Shown here one piece after another: positions 28,656 to 38,335 of a stretch of 53,518 bases of DNA. Position numbers and translations under genes: made by a program. The stretch is from a virus (lineage: Duplodnaviria; Caudoviricetes): positions 1 through 53,518 of IMG/VR virus record IMGVR_UViG_3300021373_003472; one strand, given 5' to 3'. Numbering within the stretch: position 1 is the first letter of the stretch; each line of letters opens with the position of its first letter. The notes beneath the pieces were generated by a model. It was not told the DNA's origin. It saw nothing but the letters and a program-made list of their open reading frames with translations, and made no database searches.

Positions 28656-29101
28656 TATATTTCTTCTGTGTCTTCTATTTCAGTTTCTGTTTCTATATCT
28701 TCAGCTCCTTCAACATCAGCTCCTACTCCAGTTGTTGTTTTACCCCCATAAGATAAAATCCTAGCTATAGATTCTGCTGCTCTTTCTTCTTCATCTAAAT
28801 TTAATAAATAATATTTTTTACCTTGAACTTTAGCTACCCAACTTCTATCATTATATTCTAATAAGAAATTTTCACCGTTTAAAAGGTTTACTCTAAAAGT
28901 AGAAGGACGAGGAGCAACCCAATCAATTGATTCTAAAAATTTATCAAAATCAACCGTAAGTAAATCAATGATAACTAACTTTAATTCTGGGAATTTGGTT
29001 AGTTCATCATAGGCAATAGCAGCATCTTCACCTTTGGTTTTTTCCTTATAGACTTCTTTTGCAAGTCTTTTTATTTTTTCTTTTAATTCAGAAGCTGTCA
29101 T
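28655..29101 (-). CDS. Hypothetical protein
   Basis: 148 aa ORF with acidic tail, coupled to neighbours. Confidence 0.7.
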   Translation of the reverse strand: MTASELKEKIKRLAKEVYKEKTKGEDAAIAYDELTKFPELKLVIIDLLTVDFDKFLESIDWVAPRPSTFRVNLLNGENFLLEYNDRSWVAKVQGKKYYLLNLDEEERAAESIARILSYGGKTTTGVGADVEGAEDIETETEIEDTEEI

Positions 29102-30894
29102 TATTTTTTATCTTGTTTAGCTAAATAGGCTGCAACAGCCATTTTGCGTCTTTTATCTTGGGATTTTCCTTTGAATTGTTTAGCATCTGATTTTTGGAAA
29201 TCATCTACAAAATCACCTACATCAGATTTTTTAGTAAGTTTTTCTTTTATAGCTTTTATTTCACCACCTTTATTATAGATGTTTGATGCTTTAGTTTTAC
29301 CTTCACCTTTATCATATAATACATTATAGGTAACATCACCAGTCATTTCTTTATTAACTTTAGTGATTTCACCTGGGTGTCCTAGGTATGTTACTTTATC
29401 TCCTACTTTAAATCCTTCAGCTACTTTTTTTTTACCTAATACCTCTTTAACATGTTTTTTGATTAAATGTTTTAAAGGTAATTCAAATACTGTGTCAGCA
29501 TCCATTTCAATTTTTTCTTCATCTATTGAAGATAAAGGTCTATCTTTATAAAAATCTCTTTGTGCTTTAGCTTCTCTATCTAAACCACTCATTACATGAT
29601 CAACTATATCTCTTAAACCTTCAGTTGAAATATCAACTGGGTTGTAGTTACCATCTGTCATGTAAGAATCTATTCCAACTTTACCTGTAGAGTCTTTTCT
29701 CCTCATTCCCGCTTTTGCAGCTTCTTCTTGATCAATTCTATACCCATACATTCTACTAATCATAAATTGATCAACATCTTTATCATATTGGAATATTACT
29801 ACTTGTGATGGATTTTTACTATTATCAGAGGAAACTGAATAGCCATCAAACCCAGCTTCTTTTCCATCTGGTCGGCGTTCTTCAATATGGTATCCTTTTT
29901 TAGCAAAATAATCAAATAATTGACCGCCGTCCATTTCTTCTTCTTTTAATGGTTTGTCAGTACCCATTGCTTTTGAAAGCGCATCATATGCTTTATTTAA
30001 AATACTTCTATTTTTTTCACTTTTATCTTGGTTATAATTACCTCGTGCAACCCAAATATCTCTATGAAAGGGGCTGAGTTTATTATAATCAAGTTCCTCT
30101 TCTAAAGAAGATTCCTGCATATCATGACCATAGAGTTGTTTTTGTATATTATATATTTTATCTTCAATTTTATTTAATTCATCACCATACTTATCTGCAA
30201 TTGGGCCACCTTCTGGTTCAGCTTCTTGCTCCATATCTCGCATTAATTGCTCTCTTTCATCTACTAAATTAGCTAACATATCTTTTAGAGTTTTAGCTTC
30301 ATTAGAATCAATTGCTTCATCTAACATATCATCAATTTGAGCTACTTTTTCTTCACCATCTAAATAATGTTTAGCTGAGACTAATAGATTTTTAGCGTTA
30401 ATAATTTTAGATTGCCACCAGTGTGGAAAATCCACTTCTCCACCTTGATCGTATTTATCCATCATTTCAAATAATTCAGATGAATATTTAGCTATTCTAT
30501 ATAAGTCTTTTTTAAGCATGTGAGGTTCATTGTCTTGATGACCTACATCTAAATCCTCAGTTTTAAGATCTTGTTTAATAGTTACAGGATGCATTTTGCC
30601 ACTACCTTTTGGAAATTCAAATTCTTTTTTACCTGCATCTCTAGCTGCATCTGCTGCTAAAACAAAAGGAGATGCTTCTTTGACAGCAAGAGCATCTTGG
30701 ATCATTTCTTTAAGTTTGTCTAAGTTCATATTTTCAACTTTTTTCTTAGCTTGTTTAGTGGCAATGCCATACATAACCTTTTCCGCATCCGCACCATATT
30801 TTTTAACTAGAGCACGTTTGTTTTTTAACAAACCTTTTAGAGCGATATTTTGTTGCTCTAGTTCGTTTTCGGTGAGTTTACGCTCGTTTAACAT
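29101..30894 (-). CDS. Modular K/E-rich protein (putative internal head polyprotein)
   Basis: 597 aa; includes SH3/KOW-like FKVGDKVTY...GEITKV; many L/I/V-x-E sites. Confidence 0.6.
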   Translation of the reverse strand: MLNERKLTENELEQQNIALKGLLKNKRALVKKYGADAEKVMYGIATKQAKKKVENMNLDKLKEMIQDALAVKEASPFVLAADAARDAGKKEFEFPKGSGKMHPVTIKQDLKTEDLDVGHQDNEPHMLKKDLYRIAKYSSELFEMMDKYDQGGEVDFPHWWQSKIINAKNLLVSAKHYLDGEEKVAQIDDMLDEAIDSNEAKTLKDMLANLVDEREQLMRDMEQEAEPEGGPIADKYGDELNKIEDKIYNIQKQLYGHDMQESSLEEELDYNKLSPFHRDIWVARGNYNQDKSEKNRSILNKAYDALSKAMGTDKPLKEEEMDGGQLFDYFAKKGYHIEERRPDGKEAGFDGYSVSSDNSKNPSQVVIFQYDKDVDQFMISRMYGYRIDQEEAAKAGMRRKDSTGKVGIDSYMTDGNYNPVDISTEGLRDIVDHVMSGLDREAKAQRDFYKDRPLSSIDEEKIEMDADTVFELPLKHLIKKHVKEVLGKKKVAEGFKVGDKVTYLGHPGEITKVNKEMTGDVTYNVLYDKGEGKTKASNIYNKGGEIKAIKEKLTKKSDVGDFVDDFQKSDAKQFKGKSQDKRRKMAVAAYLAKQDKK

Positions 30895-30895
30895 C

Positions 30896-31618
30896 TTATC
30901 TTTCTACTACGTGTGATCTTGTAAAGAAAGTAATAGAATTCCCAATTTGGTCTGCTAACTTTTCGTCTCCAATAGCTACAGCATTGTCATAAGCAGATTT
31001 TAAGTCATCTTGAATTGCTTGCTCTTCTGCTGAAAGGCCTACTTCAGAGGGAGTTGGGTCACCCATTTCTGGTTCTTCCATATCTATTTCATCTTCAACT
31101 TCTACTTCATCTTCAATTTCTGCTTCAACATCTTCCTCTTCTTCTTCTGAGAGTAATTCAATGATATCTTCTTTGATTTTAGCTTTAAGTTCAGATACTT
31201 TTATTTTATAGCTAATTGTATCCTCACCTTTTTCTATTTCACCATCTTTATGAAGATCATCCATTTCATCTTGTGAAAGTTCAATTTCTTCTTCTGTTAC
31301 AGAAGAAGCTTTAGCATCAGCGTCACCAATTTTTTTATTTAATTCATCAAGTGTATCCTTAAATGTTTTAGCTAATTTTACTAATTCTGGTTGGTTTTCC
31401 TCTAGGTATTTTTCTAGAGCAGTAAATCTAGATTCCAGTGTAGATATAATATCAGTATATGATTTGAATTCACTAAATTCTTCAGTAACTGTTTCTTCAA
31501 CTTCAGCTACTTCTTCGTTTTGAATTTCTTGTGATTCAGTAATTAATTGACCCTTTACTTCTTCTTTTTTAAATAAATGATTATTTTTTAAATACTCTGT
31601 GTAATTAAAATCGCTCAT
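30896..31618 (-). CDS. Acidic hypothetical protein (putative internal head protein)
   Basis: 240 aa E-rich; upstream TATTTATA. Confidence 0.6.
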   Translation of the reverse strand: MSDFNYTEYLKNNHLFKKEEVKGQLITESQEIQNEEVAEVEETVTEEFSEFKSYTDIISTLESRFTALEKYLEENQPELVKLAKTFKDTLDELNKKIGDADAKASSVTEEEIELSQDEMDDLHKDGEIEKGEDTISYKIKVSELKAKIKEDIIELLSEEEEEDVEAEIEDEVEVEDEIDMEEPEMGDPTPSEVGLSAEEQAIQDDLKSAYDNAVAIGDEKLADQIGNSITFFTRSHVVER

Positions 31619-31635
31619 TATAATATATTTTTATT

Positions 31636-31643
31636 TATAAATA
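31636..31643 (-). promoter_or_regulatory. Putative late promoter TATTTATA
   Basis: 17 nt upstream of ATG 31618. Confidence 0.6.
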
Positions 31644-31946
31644 TTAATTTCTTTTTTTATATTTACTCCTAGTTTGGTTGCTTCTTCCACGATTAGGGGA
31701 AACAGTTGAACCTCTACGTCCTTTTACTTTAGATTTTGGTTGAACTACAATAACTCTAGGTGGAACATAGTATGGTAAGTATTCCCTATTATTTCTATTA
31801 TAAAACCACCAATAATTCCAAGATTGGGGTTGTGGATCAACAATTACATTTCTAGGTTGAATATAAGTGGGTTGTAAAGTAGATAATTGGTAGGTACCAC
31901 AAGAGGTTAAACTTAATACTAATAATAAACTTATTAAATATCTCAT
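31644..31946 (-). CDS. Putative lipoprotein
   Basis: MRYLISLLLVLSLTS/C lipobox; Pro/aromatic middle and basic tail. Confidence 0.7.
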   Translation of the reverse strand: MRYLISLLLVLSLTSCGTYQLSTLQPTYIQPRNVIVDPQPQSWNYWWFYNRNNREYLPYYVPPRVIVVQPKSKVKGRRGSTVSPNRGRSNQTRSKYKKRN

Positions 31947-31954
31947 TATTCTAC

Positions 31955-32257
31955 TTATGATTTGCTTATTTGGGATGATCTAACAATTCGTACTATCTCA
32001 CCTCGATCATCATCATCAGTATGAAATACTTCATATTCACCATATTTTTTACCATGATTTTTATTACCCCAATCATACATGTCTTGTTGAGAACCTCTTA
32101 CATCAATTCTTCTATAAATGTCTGAATCTGGGAAGTTAATAGTAAATGTTAAATCCTTATGTTTATTATTTAAAGTAGCAGCTAATTTTTCTAGATATTC
32201 TTTACTTTCGTTAAGATATCTTTTTTTATTCCATTCGTGTACGTCAAAATTATTCAT
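31955..32257 (-). CDS. Hypothetical protein
   Basis: 100 aa with MNNFDVHEWNKKRYLNE leader. Confidence 0.65.
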   Translation of the reverse strand: MNNFDVHEWNKKRYLNESKEYLEKLAATLNNKHKDLTFTINFPDSDIYRRIDVRGSQQDMYDWGNKNHGKKYGEYEVFHTDDDDRGEIVRIVRSSQISKS

Positions 32258-32259
32258 AA

Positions 32260-32880
32260 TTATTTAGATTTACTTGTTTGTGATAAATATGTACTTAATA
32301 GGGTACCAATAGTAATTGATTTGTCACGTAAATATTCTAATTGATCTTCATTTAAACTTTTTGCTCTATTACAATATTCTGCTCCTAATGTTCCTATAAA
32401 TTCATTTTTAAGAGAAAATAAGGCAAACATGTAAGAAGATTTAGCTTGGGTTCCTTCTGCAAATGTAGCTAATCCTAGTTTATCATCTTTAAAATTAGGA
32501 ATTAGTATTTCTTTATTTTCATACATGTGCATAAATGGTTTTGTGAATAAAGAAACAGGAATATTTGTATAAGTATCACTTATTCCCTTATTTCCTGGTT
32601 TAATATGTTCATAAAATACAGAAAATTTTTGGATTGATTTACCTGTAGGGTAAAAATTACCTCCATTATGGAACTGGGAAATCCATATTCTGCAGCATTT
32701 TAATTCTGTCATTATTTCTTCTAATTGCTCATCTATTAATAAATTAGATTTAATAGAAGAAACTACAGGGTCAGCAGATTTCTTTTTAGATTCTAAATAA
32801 AATCTATATCTAGTTACTAATATAGGTCCTACAAAAGCAGTTATTATTGCTACTAATATTGCTATTTCCAATTCAAACAT
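32260..32880 (-). CDS. Membrane protein with GAF-like domain (T4 T-holin-like architecture)
   Basis: N-terminal TM helix followed by RIWISQFHNGG...FIGTLGAEY. Confidence 0.5.
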   Translation of the reverse strand: MFELEIAILVAIITAFVGPILVTRYRFYLESKKKSADPVVSSIKSNLLIDEQLEEIMTELKCCRIWISQFHNGGNFYPTGKSIQKFSVFYEHIKPGNKGISDTYTNIPVSLFTKPFMHMYENKEILIPNFKDDKLGLATFAEGTQAKSSYMFALFSLKNEFIGTLGAEYCNRAKSLNEDQLEYLRDKSITIGTLLSTYLSQTSKSK

Positions 32881-32881
32881 T

Positions 32882-33457
32882 TTAAGTTTTTAATCCTTCT
32901 AAATATTCGACAACCTCTTTAATATTTTTATCTACTAATTCTTTATTAATTTTTCCATTCCACTTTTCAACATCACCAGCTTCAGAAACAAAAGAATTAT
33001 TTGATTCAGACATTTTTTCTTCTACCCAATTCTTAAATTCTACTATTTTATTATCAATCTCATCATTCTTAATATTGCGCTGGTATTCTTCCCACTTGCC
33101 TTGCTTTTTTAATTCAGCTTCAAAATCAATTACACAATCAAAACAAATTTTATGTATATTATAAAATTGTTTATCTACACGTTTTTTCATTACGCGTTTA
33201 CATTTTGGACAAAGTAAAGGCATAACATGTGCCTTTTTTGCTTTATCTAACTTAGTGATATTTTGTTTAATACCATCTTTGATAGTCCAAGTCCTACCAT
33301 CAGATTCCCAAATATCACCTTCTTTATAAAACTCATCTTTTTTAGAGAAACCAACACTAGAACGTGTTTTTTCACCATATTTTCCTTGAACAAGATTTCT
33401 TAATCGTTCTACATCTTGTTTTTGAAACTCTTTTTTTAAAACGTTATCTTGACTCAT
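32882..33457 (-). CDS. Hypothetical protein with CxxC...CxxC zinc site
   Basis: CPKC...CFDC. Confidence 0.7.
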   Translation of the reverse strand: MSQDNVLKKEFQKQDVERLRNLVQGKYGEKTRSSVGFSKKDEFYKEGDIWESDGRTWTIKDGIKQNITKLDKAKKAHVMPLLCPKCKRVMKKRVDKQFYNIHKICFDCVIDFEAELKKQGKWEEYQRNIKNDEIDNKIVEFKNWVEEKMSESNNSFVSEAGDVEKWNGKINKELVDKNIKEVVEYLEGLKT

Positions 33458-35529
33458 AAACCTAATTTTTGTAAATCAGAAATAACCTGATTTGCTGATT
33501 GATATAATATACCTGTTCCTCCTGCGTTATTCCAATTATCAATTATATACTGTTTGTCGTCTATAAGTATATCAAAATTGGTTAATTCTGGTTTGATTAA
33601 ATGTTTTTCTTTGGATTTTTCAAAATTTATTTTGGGTTTTGAAGGAAATACATCTCCTATATGATTTCTAATCCAAAGTCTTTTTCCTAAACGGGATTCT
33701 TTTCTAGCAGATGGGGCAGTTAACATTTCATAATCATGTTTAGATACATAATCAACTAATTCTTTAGCACCATCCATAACAGGAATACCAATCCAAAAAC
33801 GTAATTTATGTTCTACATCTATAAAATCCCAAAATTCATTTTTACCAAATTTATCTTCAAATTCTGAAGGTTCCATTCCTGATAATGATCTAAATCTTTG
33901 GTCAAAATCAGCTACAACCCCATCCATATCAAGATAAATTTTATATTTGCCTTCTTCTTCTCTTAAACGAGCTAATTCTTGTGAAAATGCTTTTATACCT
34001 AATTTATCTCCTTTTTTCCCTTCTTCTATTACAGAATTAGTCCAACTTCTAAATAAAATATTTCCAGTTTCATAAGCTTCTCTTTCAATATTTTCTAAAC
34101 GATCATCTTGATTTACATTAGTTGTACCATAATCCTCTAATCTATCTTCCATGTTTTGATGAACATGTACTAATTCATGAGCATAAGATCTTAAAATATC
34201 TTTTGGATGTCTACCATAGGTAAACAAAACTATTTTATTATTATGTGGAGTGTAGTATGCTGTGTTACCTAATAATTTCATCCCATTTTCAACTTCATCA
34301 TGTACAAATTTAACTTCAGGAGATGGTTGTAATTTTAAACCATTATCTTCCATATAAGAAGTTAATGATTCAATATAGGGACTAAAATTAAATTCTTTAG
34401 GGTCTAAAGATTCATTTAAAGTTTGTTTTGATAAATCAACTACCCATATTTTAGGATCTATTCCATTTTTAACTGAACCTGCAAGTCTGGTATTACCAGC
34501 AACTAGATCATAATCATTATTTGAGAATTTAACAGCAATTGGTGTTTCAATATTTCCAACTTTAAATGCTGATATAAATCTTTGTTTTTTAGGTTCTTCT
34601 AGACTATCAAAATCTAAATTTACATTTCCTAGCACTTTTTTAATAGAACTATAAGGAACAGATTTACCTTGTTTAGCTAATTTAACCCATTTTTCTTTCC
34701 CCATTTCTACAAATTCTGGATAACGATTAGCTTCTTCCCATTCTGCATCAAAGTTAGGATTGGTATATGTTATTTGTTTATTTTCTTCTAATCCTAAACT
34801 AACTAATTTAGTATAATACTTTGGGTCCTCAGCTAAATGTTGCAAAGCAATTACTTTAGCTTTAGCTGGGTCATCTGTATGTTCCATTTCAACTTTGATT
34901 CCCATTTTAAGTTCTTTGGGATCAACTTCTTTTTCTTTAGCTGGGGTTTGGATTTCAGCTATTTTATCTGATACTATATTATATACTTCTTGTTTTTCTT
35001 CAGGGGATAAAATATTAGGAACAAATTTTTCAAATTTTTCAAATGAAACTTTAGCAGCATTTCTAGCAGCAGTGCCTGATACCCCACCTGCTGTTACAAT
35101 GGTACGAAGTTCTAAATTTGGGTATTTAGAAATTGATTTAGTTCTGTCTTTAATATCTTTAAAATCTTCTTCATTCCCCTCTCTAGCACCTATAACCCAT
35201 AATACTTCTCTTGTAGGATGGTTTTTAGCAAAATCATATACTGCTTTAACAGGGGGTATTGAGGTAGGTTCTATTTTAACTTTAAATGGAAGATATTTTT
35301 TATAAATTTCCCATATTAATAAAGATTCTACTTGGCTAATACCATTTCTGTCTTTATTCCCTATAAAAAGAATAAGTTCATCTATTTCTGGGTTTTGTTC
35401 AAGGGCTAATTTAGCAACTTCAAAATGACCAGAAGTAGGGGGTTTGAATCCACCAGCGTATACTGCTGTGGTTTGTTTTTTTTCTTCTTCAGGTAGTAAT
35501 CCTTTTACTAATTCATTTACTAAACTCAT
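33454..35529 (-). CDS. Multidomain protein: HIGH-like nucleotidyltransferase + DUF5661-like + ParB/Srx-like + HExxH metallopeptidase + HAD 5'(3')-nucleotidase
   Basis: GGFKPPTSGH/SGTAAR; GIKVEMEHT...HLAEDPKYY; LVAGNTRL; AHELVH...EREAY; YLDMDGV...LIDD. Confidence 0.75.
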   Translation of the reverse strand: MSLVNELVKGLLPEEEKKQTTAVYAGGFKPPTSGHFEVAKLALEQNPEIDELILFIGNKDRNGISQVESLLIWEIYKKYLPFKVKIEPTSIPPVKAVYDFAKNHPTREVLWVIGAREGNEEDFKDIKDRTKSISKYPNLELRTIVTAGGVSGTAARNAAKVSFEKFEKFVPNILSPEEKQEVYNIVSDKIAEIQTPAKEKEVDPKELKMGIKVEMEHTDDPAKAKVIALQHLAEDPKYYTKLVSLGLEENKQITYTNPNFDAEWEEANRYPEFVEMGKEKWVKLAKQGKSVPYSSIKKVLGNVNLDFDSLEEPKKQRFISAFKVGNIETPIAVKFSNNDYDLVAGNTRLAGSVKNGIDPKIWVVDLSKQTLNESLDPKEFNFSPYIESLTSYMEDNGLKLQPSPEVKFVHDEVENGMKLLGNTAYYTPHNNKIVLFTYGRHPKDILRSYAHELVHVHQNMEDRLEDYGTTNVNQDDRLENIEREAYETGNILFRSWTNSVIEEGKKGDKLGIKAFSQELARLREEEGKYKIYLDMDGVVADFDQRFRSLSGMEPSEFEDKFGKNEFWDFIDVEHKLRFWIGIPVMDGAKELVDYVSKHDYEMLTAPSARKESRLGKRLWIRNHIGDVFPSKPKINFEKSKEKHLIKPELTNFDILIDDKQYIIDNWNNAGGTGILYQSANQVISDLQKLGL

Positions 35530-36329
35530 GTACGAAGAAATTTATTTATTTTTGATTGTGCCTCTTCTTTATCTAACCCATCTTTTACTATTTTTTCTAC
35601 TTCTTTGCTTTGTATTAAATTTTGGGCTAATTTATTTAATTCTGCTTTTTGTTTATCACTTCGAGCTTGTTGAGCTGGAGTTTTAGGTTTGGCATCTGTA
35701 ACTTTAAAATGGTCTAAATATTCTTTATATATGTCTTCAATTTTTTCCATTTTTTCTCCTTCTAATGTATTAGCTACTAAGGCAAAATTTTCATTACTAA
35801 ATAATTCTTTATAAGGAAAATAATTTTTAGTTACATTTACCCAAGTTCTTAATACTACAGCTGGGGATAAGCTTCTATCTTTCCCTCCTGATTTTTCAAA
35901 TCTAAAGTGGTTTTGTTTTAAAGAACGTTCTAAATCTGTATAAACATAAAGCATGAATACATCATATCCTGCTTCTTCTAATTGTTCTTTTAATTGTTGA
36001 GTATTTTTATAAGATGCAGCAGTACCATCTAATATAAAAGATTCTTTACCTGCAATTACAGTTTGAATTTGACCCTTAAATTCTTTATTAGCTGCCGCCA
36101 TAGCAACAGCAGCATCACTTCTTTGTTGAGCATTTGCTCTTTTTAAATTTAAACTAACATTAGCTTTTTTTAGTTTTTCAATAAAAAGGTTATCTACATT
36201 CATTATTTTTAAACCACTTAGGTCTAATCCATCAAGGGTATATCCTTTTCCTGCACCTGGGGCTCCAGCTAATATAATAGCTTTAGGATTACCTTGAGCT
36301 TCTCTTAATATTTGTACTAAACTTATCAT
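35526..36329 (-). CDS. Zeta-toxin-like P-loop kinase
   Basis: ILAGAPGAGKG, NVD, FILDGT, GYDVFMLYV. Confidence 0.7.
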   Translation of the reverse strand: MISLVQILREAQGNPKAIILAGAPGAGKGYTLDGLDLSGLKIMNVDNLFIEKLKKANVSLNLKRANAQQRSDAAVAMAAANKEFKGQIQTVIAGKESFILDGTAASYKNTQQLKEQLEEAGYDVFMLYVYTDLERSLKQNHFRFEKSGGKDRSLSPAVVLRTWVNVTKNYFPYKELFSNENFALVANTLEGEKMEKIEDIYKEYLDHFKVTDAKPKTPAQQARSDKQKAELNKLAQNLIQSKEVEKIVKDGLDKEEAQSKINKFLRT

Positions 36330-36862
36330 GATTTTGGTTTTCCCATCATTACTTTTCTATGCTTTTCTCCTCCGATAACTCTATCATAAGATCCATCTCC
36401 GTTCCAAACAATATCTTTCCCTTTTAATACTTTACGAACTAAAAATTCATCATCAACAGGTTCTACTCCTTTAGCAAGAAGAATATCTTTTATTTTTCCA
36501 CTAACCTCGATATAATATCCTGTTCTTTTAAGTAATTCAGCTTTATGATTAACTATTTTACTTTTTGCTTGTGGTGAATTATCATGACCCGTTGCCACAA
36601 ACTTTATACCTGATGGTTTTTGTTTTGCAACACTAACTGCATCTATTCCTGGATCTGAATCTAAATCAATAACTTCATATTCTTCATCTGGGGTTATGTC
36701 ACTTGGGGATTTATAATTAGGATGACCCCCAATAGGGGCGTATGCTGTAGAAATAAGATCAAAGATCTCATCTTCATAGTCTTTTAATTCAGAAGTGGGA
36801 ATGGGTTGCCATTGTCCTTTAGATAAGGCCATTTCCTTAACAATATCTAAAAATTTTATCAT
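36326..36862 (-). CDS. Hypothetical protein
   Basis: 178 aa with MIKFLDIVKE leader; upstream TATTTATA. Confidence 0.7.
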   Translation of the reverse strand: MIKFLDIVKEMALSKGQWQPIPTSELKDYEDEIFDLISTAYAPIGGHPNYKSPSDITPDEEYEVIDLDSDPGIDAVSVAKQKPSGIKFVATGHDNSPQAKSKIVNHKAELLKRTGYYIEVSGKIKDILLAKGVEPVDDEFLVRKVLKGKDIVWNGDGSYDRVIGGEKHRKVMMGKPKS

Positions 36863-37330
36863 TTAAAAGTATTTGTTATAAATATCGACAAATATATCAA
36901 GTGGTGTTTGATGACCCATTTTTTCAATCATTTCTACTCTTTCTGTTCCATCCAACATTGCTTTTGTAGTGATAGGATCAATAATCTTATCTTCTTCACC
37001 TAAAACCACTATTTTGTCAGCATAATTATAACCATACTTAATGTCAGAATCTATTTTTAATGAACGAGAATGAAGTGCAGGATTAAATAACAATGCAGTA
37101 CATCTTTTATGTGAAGCAATAATATCTGCTAAATACCCCCCCATACTTGAACCTATAATTAAAGTATCTTCATCTACTTGAAATAATAAATCATAAAAAT
37201 CATTATAAGTAAAGTTTTCATAATCAATAGCAGGGGCATAAACAAATCCTTGTGTAGCTAAGAAATCAACCTTAGGGCCTCCTTGCTTACTTTCTAACCC
37301 GTGTAAATAAATTATTTCTTTTCCTACCAT
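36863..37330 (-). CDS. YqiA/UPF0227-like alpha/beta hydrolase (esterase)
   Basis: YLHGLES, GSSMGG nucleophile elbow, LFNPA, D, GH. Confidence 0.85.
   Translation of the reverse strand: MVGKEIIYLHGLESKQGGPKVDFLATQGFVYAPAIDYENFTYNDFYDLLFQVDEDTLIIGSSMGGYLADIIASHKRCTALLFNPALHSRSLKIDSDIKYGYNYADKIVVLGEEDKIIDPITTKAMLDGTERVEMIEKMGHQTPLDIFVDIYNKYF
36877..36884 (-). promoter_or_regulatory. Putative late promoter TATTTATA
   Basis: 14 nt upstream of ATG 36862, inside the esterase 3' end. Confidence 0.6.
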
Positions 37331-37524
37331 CCTCTTTCTCCTCTTTGAACATAAGCATCATGTCTTGCCTGAGATTGGGCTTCAATATCCCAAGCTTCAT
37401 TGGCAGTAACACAAATCTCTTCTCCATTACGAAGAATGACTGCACACTCATCTCCTGTTAAACCACATGTGAAAAATCTTAATACTTGATCGAACATAAC
37501 CTTTATTTTTAATTCGTAACTCAT
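37324..37524 (-). CDS. Hypothetical protein
   Basis: 66 aa ORF directly after a -33/-7 promoter. Confidence 0.6.
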   Translation of the reverse strand: MSYELKIKVMFDQVLRFFTCGLTGDECAVILRNGEEICVTANEAWDIEAQSQARHDAYVQRGERGW

Positions 37525-37532
37525 TTACTTTG

Positions 37533-37564
37533 TAAATATACGAACAGTCTCCTGGGTAGCCAAA
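37533..37564 (-). promoter_or_regulatory. Bacteroidota-type -33/-7 promoter
   Basis: TTTG-N20-TATATTTA. Confidence 0.65.
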
Positions 37565-37567
37565 TTT

Positions 37568-38335
37568 CTACACGGTTCTCTTCACAGTAGTTTGGAAAGA
37601 AGTTGTAGCAGGTTTATGTTTTGGATTTTCTAAATCAAATATTCTTTTAACAGAATTAAATATTTCTAAATTTTCTTCTTGGGTTCTAGGAGATTCATGT
37701 AACTCCCATCCTTTGCCTTTTACCTTTTTTCCAGTTTTATCTGGTCCTCTTGATTTGGATTTTAACCATAATATACCTACCCTATTTACTTCTTTACCAA
37801 AGCATTCTTCATAACATTTAGCATAAACTGCTCCTTGTAAATCATAAACAGTTTGTAAATGGTTTGAGGTTTTAAAATCAATAACCCATAATTCATCATC
37901 AATTTCACAAATACAATCTACAGTGCCAGCTACTTTTAATTCATCTGAAAATAAGTGGGTTTCTGTTTCAACTAGAACAGGTTTATATGTTTCCCAAAAG
38001 TCAACAAAATTTAAAAACATTTTCCAAATGTCAGGATTCATTTTAGGATTACCATATTCATTTAAAAAATTCATTTCTTTACCTTCGAAGTATTCTTCTA
38101 TTAATTCGTGTACAGCTGTACCTTCCTCAGCACTTTTTTTAACAATCCAATCTGCACTATATCCTACTTTTTTAAGCCAATCTTCAAAGTGTTTACCTTT
38201 AGGATATGAATTTAAAACATAAGTTACAGATGGATAAAATTCCCCATTACGTCTATAATAACGTGAATCTGGTAGTGTTATTTGTTTGTGATCATCAGAT
38301 ATTTCTAAGATTCGGTCATATGATTTTTTGATCAT
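37568..38335 (-). CDS. PD-(D/E)XK exonuclease
   Basis: PSVTYVL, GTAVHELIE, AGTVDC, IDFKTS, Q..VYA. Confidence 0.85.
   Translation of the reverse strand: MIKKSYDRILEISDDHKQITLPDSRYYRRNGEFYPSVTYVLNSYPKGKHFEDWLKKVGYSADWIVKKSAEEGTAVHELIEEYFEGKEMNFLNEYGNPKMNPDIWKMFLNFVDFWETYKPVLVETETHLFSDELKVAGTVDCICEIDDELWVIDFKTSNHLQTVYDLQGAVYAKCYEECFGKEVNRVGILWLKSKSRGPDKTGKKVKGKGWELHESPRTQEENLEIFNSVKRIFDLENPKHKPATTSFQTTVKRTV

Noticed and set aside
37568-38335. Exonuclease as Cas4 of a CRISPR system
   Set aside because: No Fe-S cysteine cluster pattern, array or other cas genes; adjacent to primase
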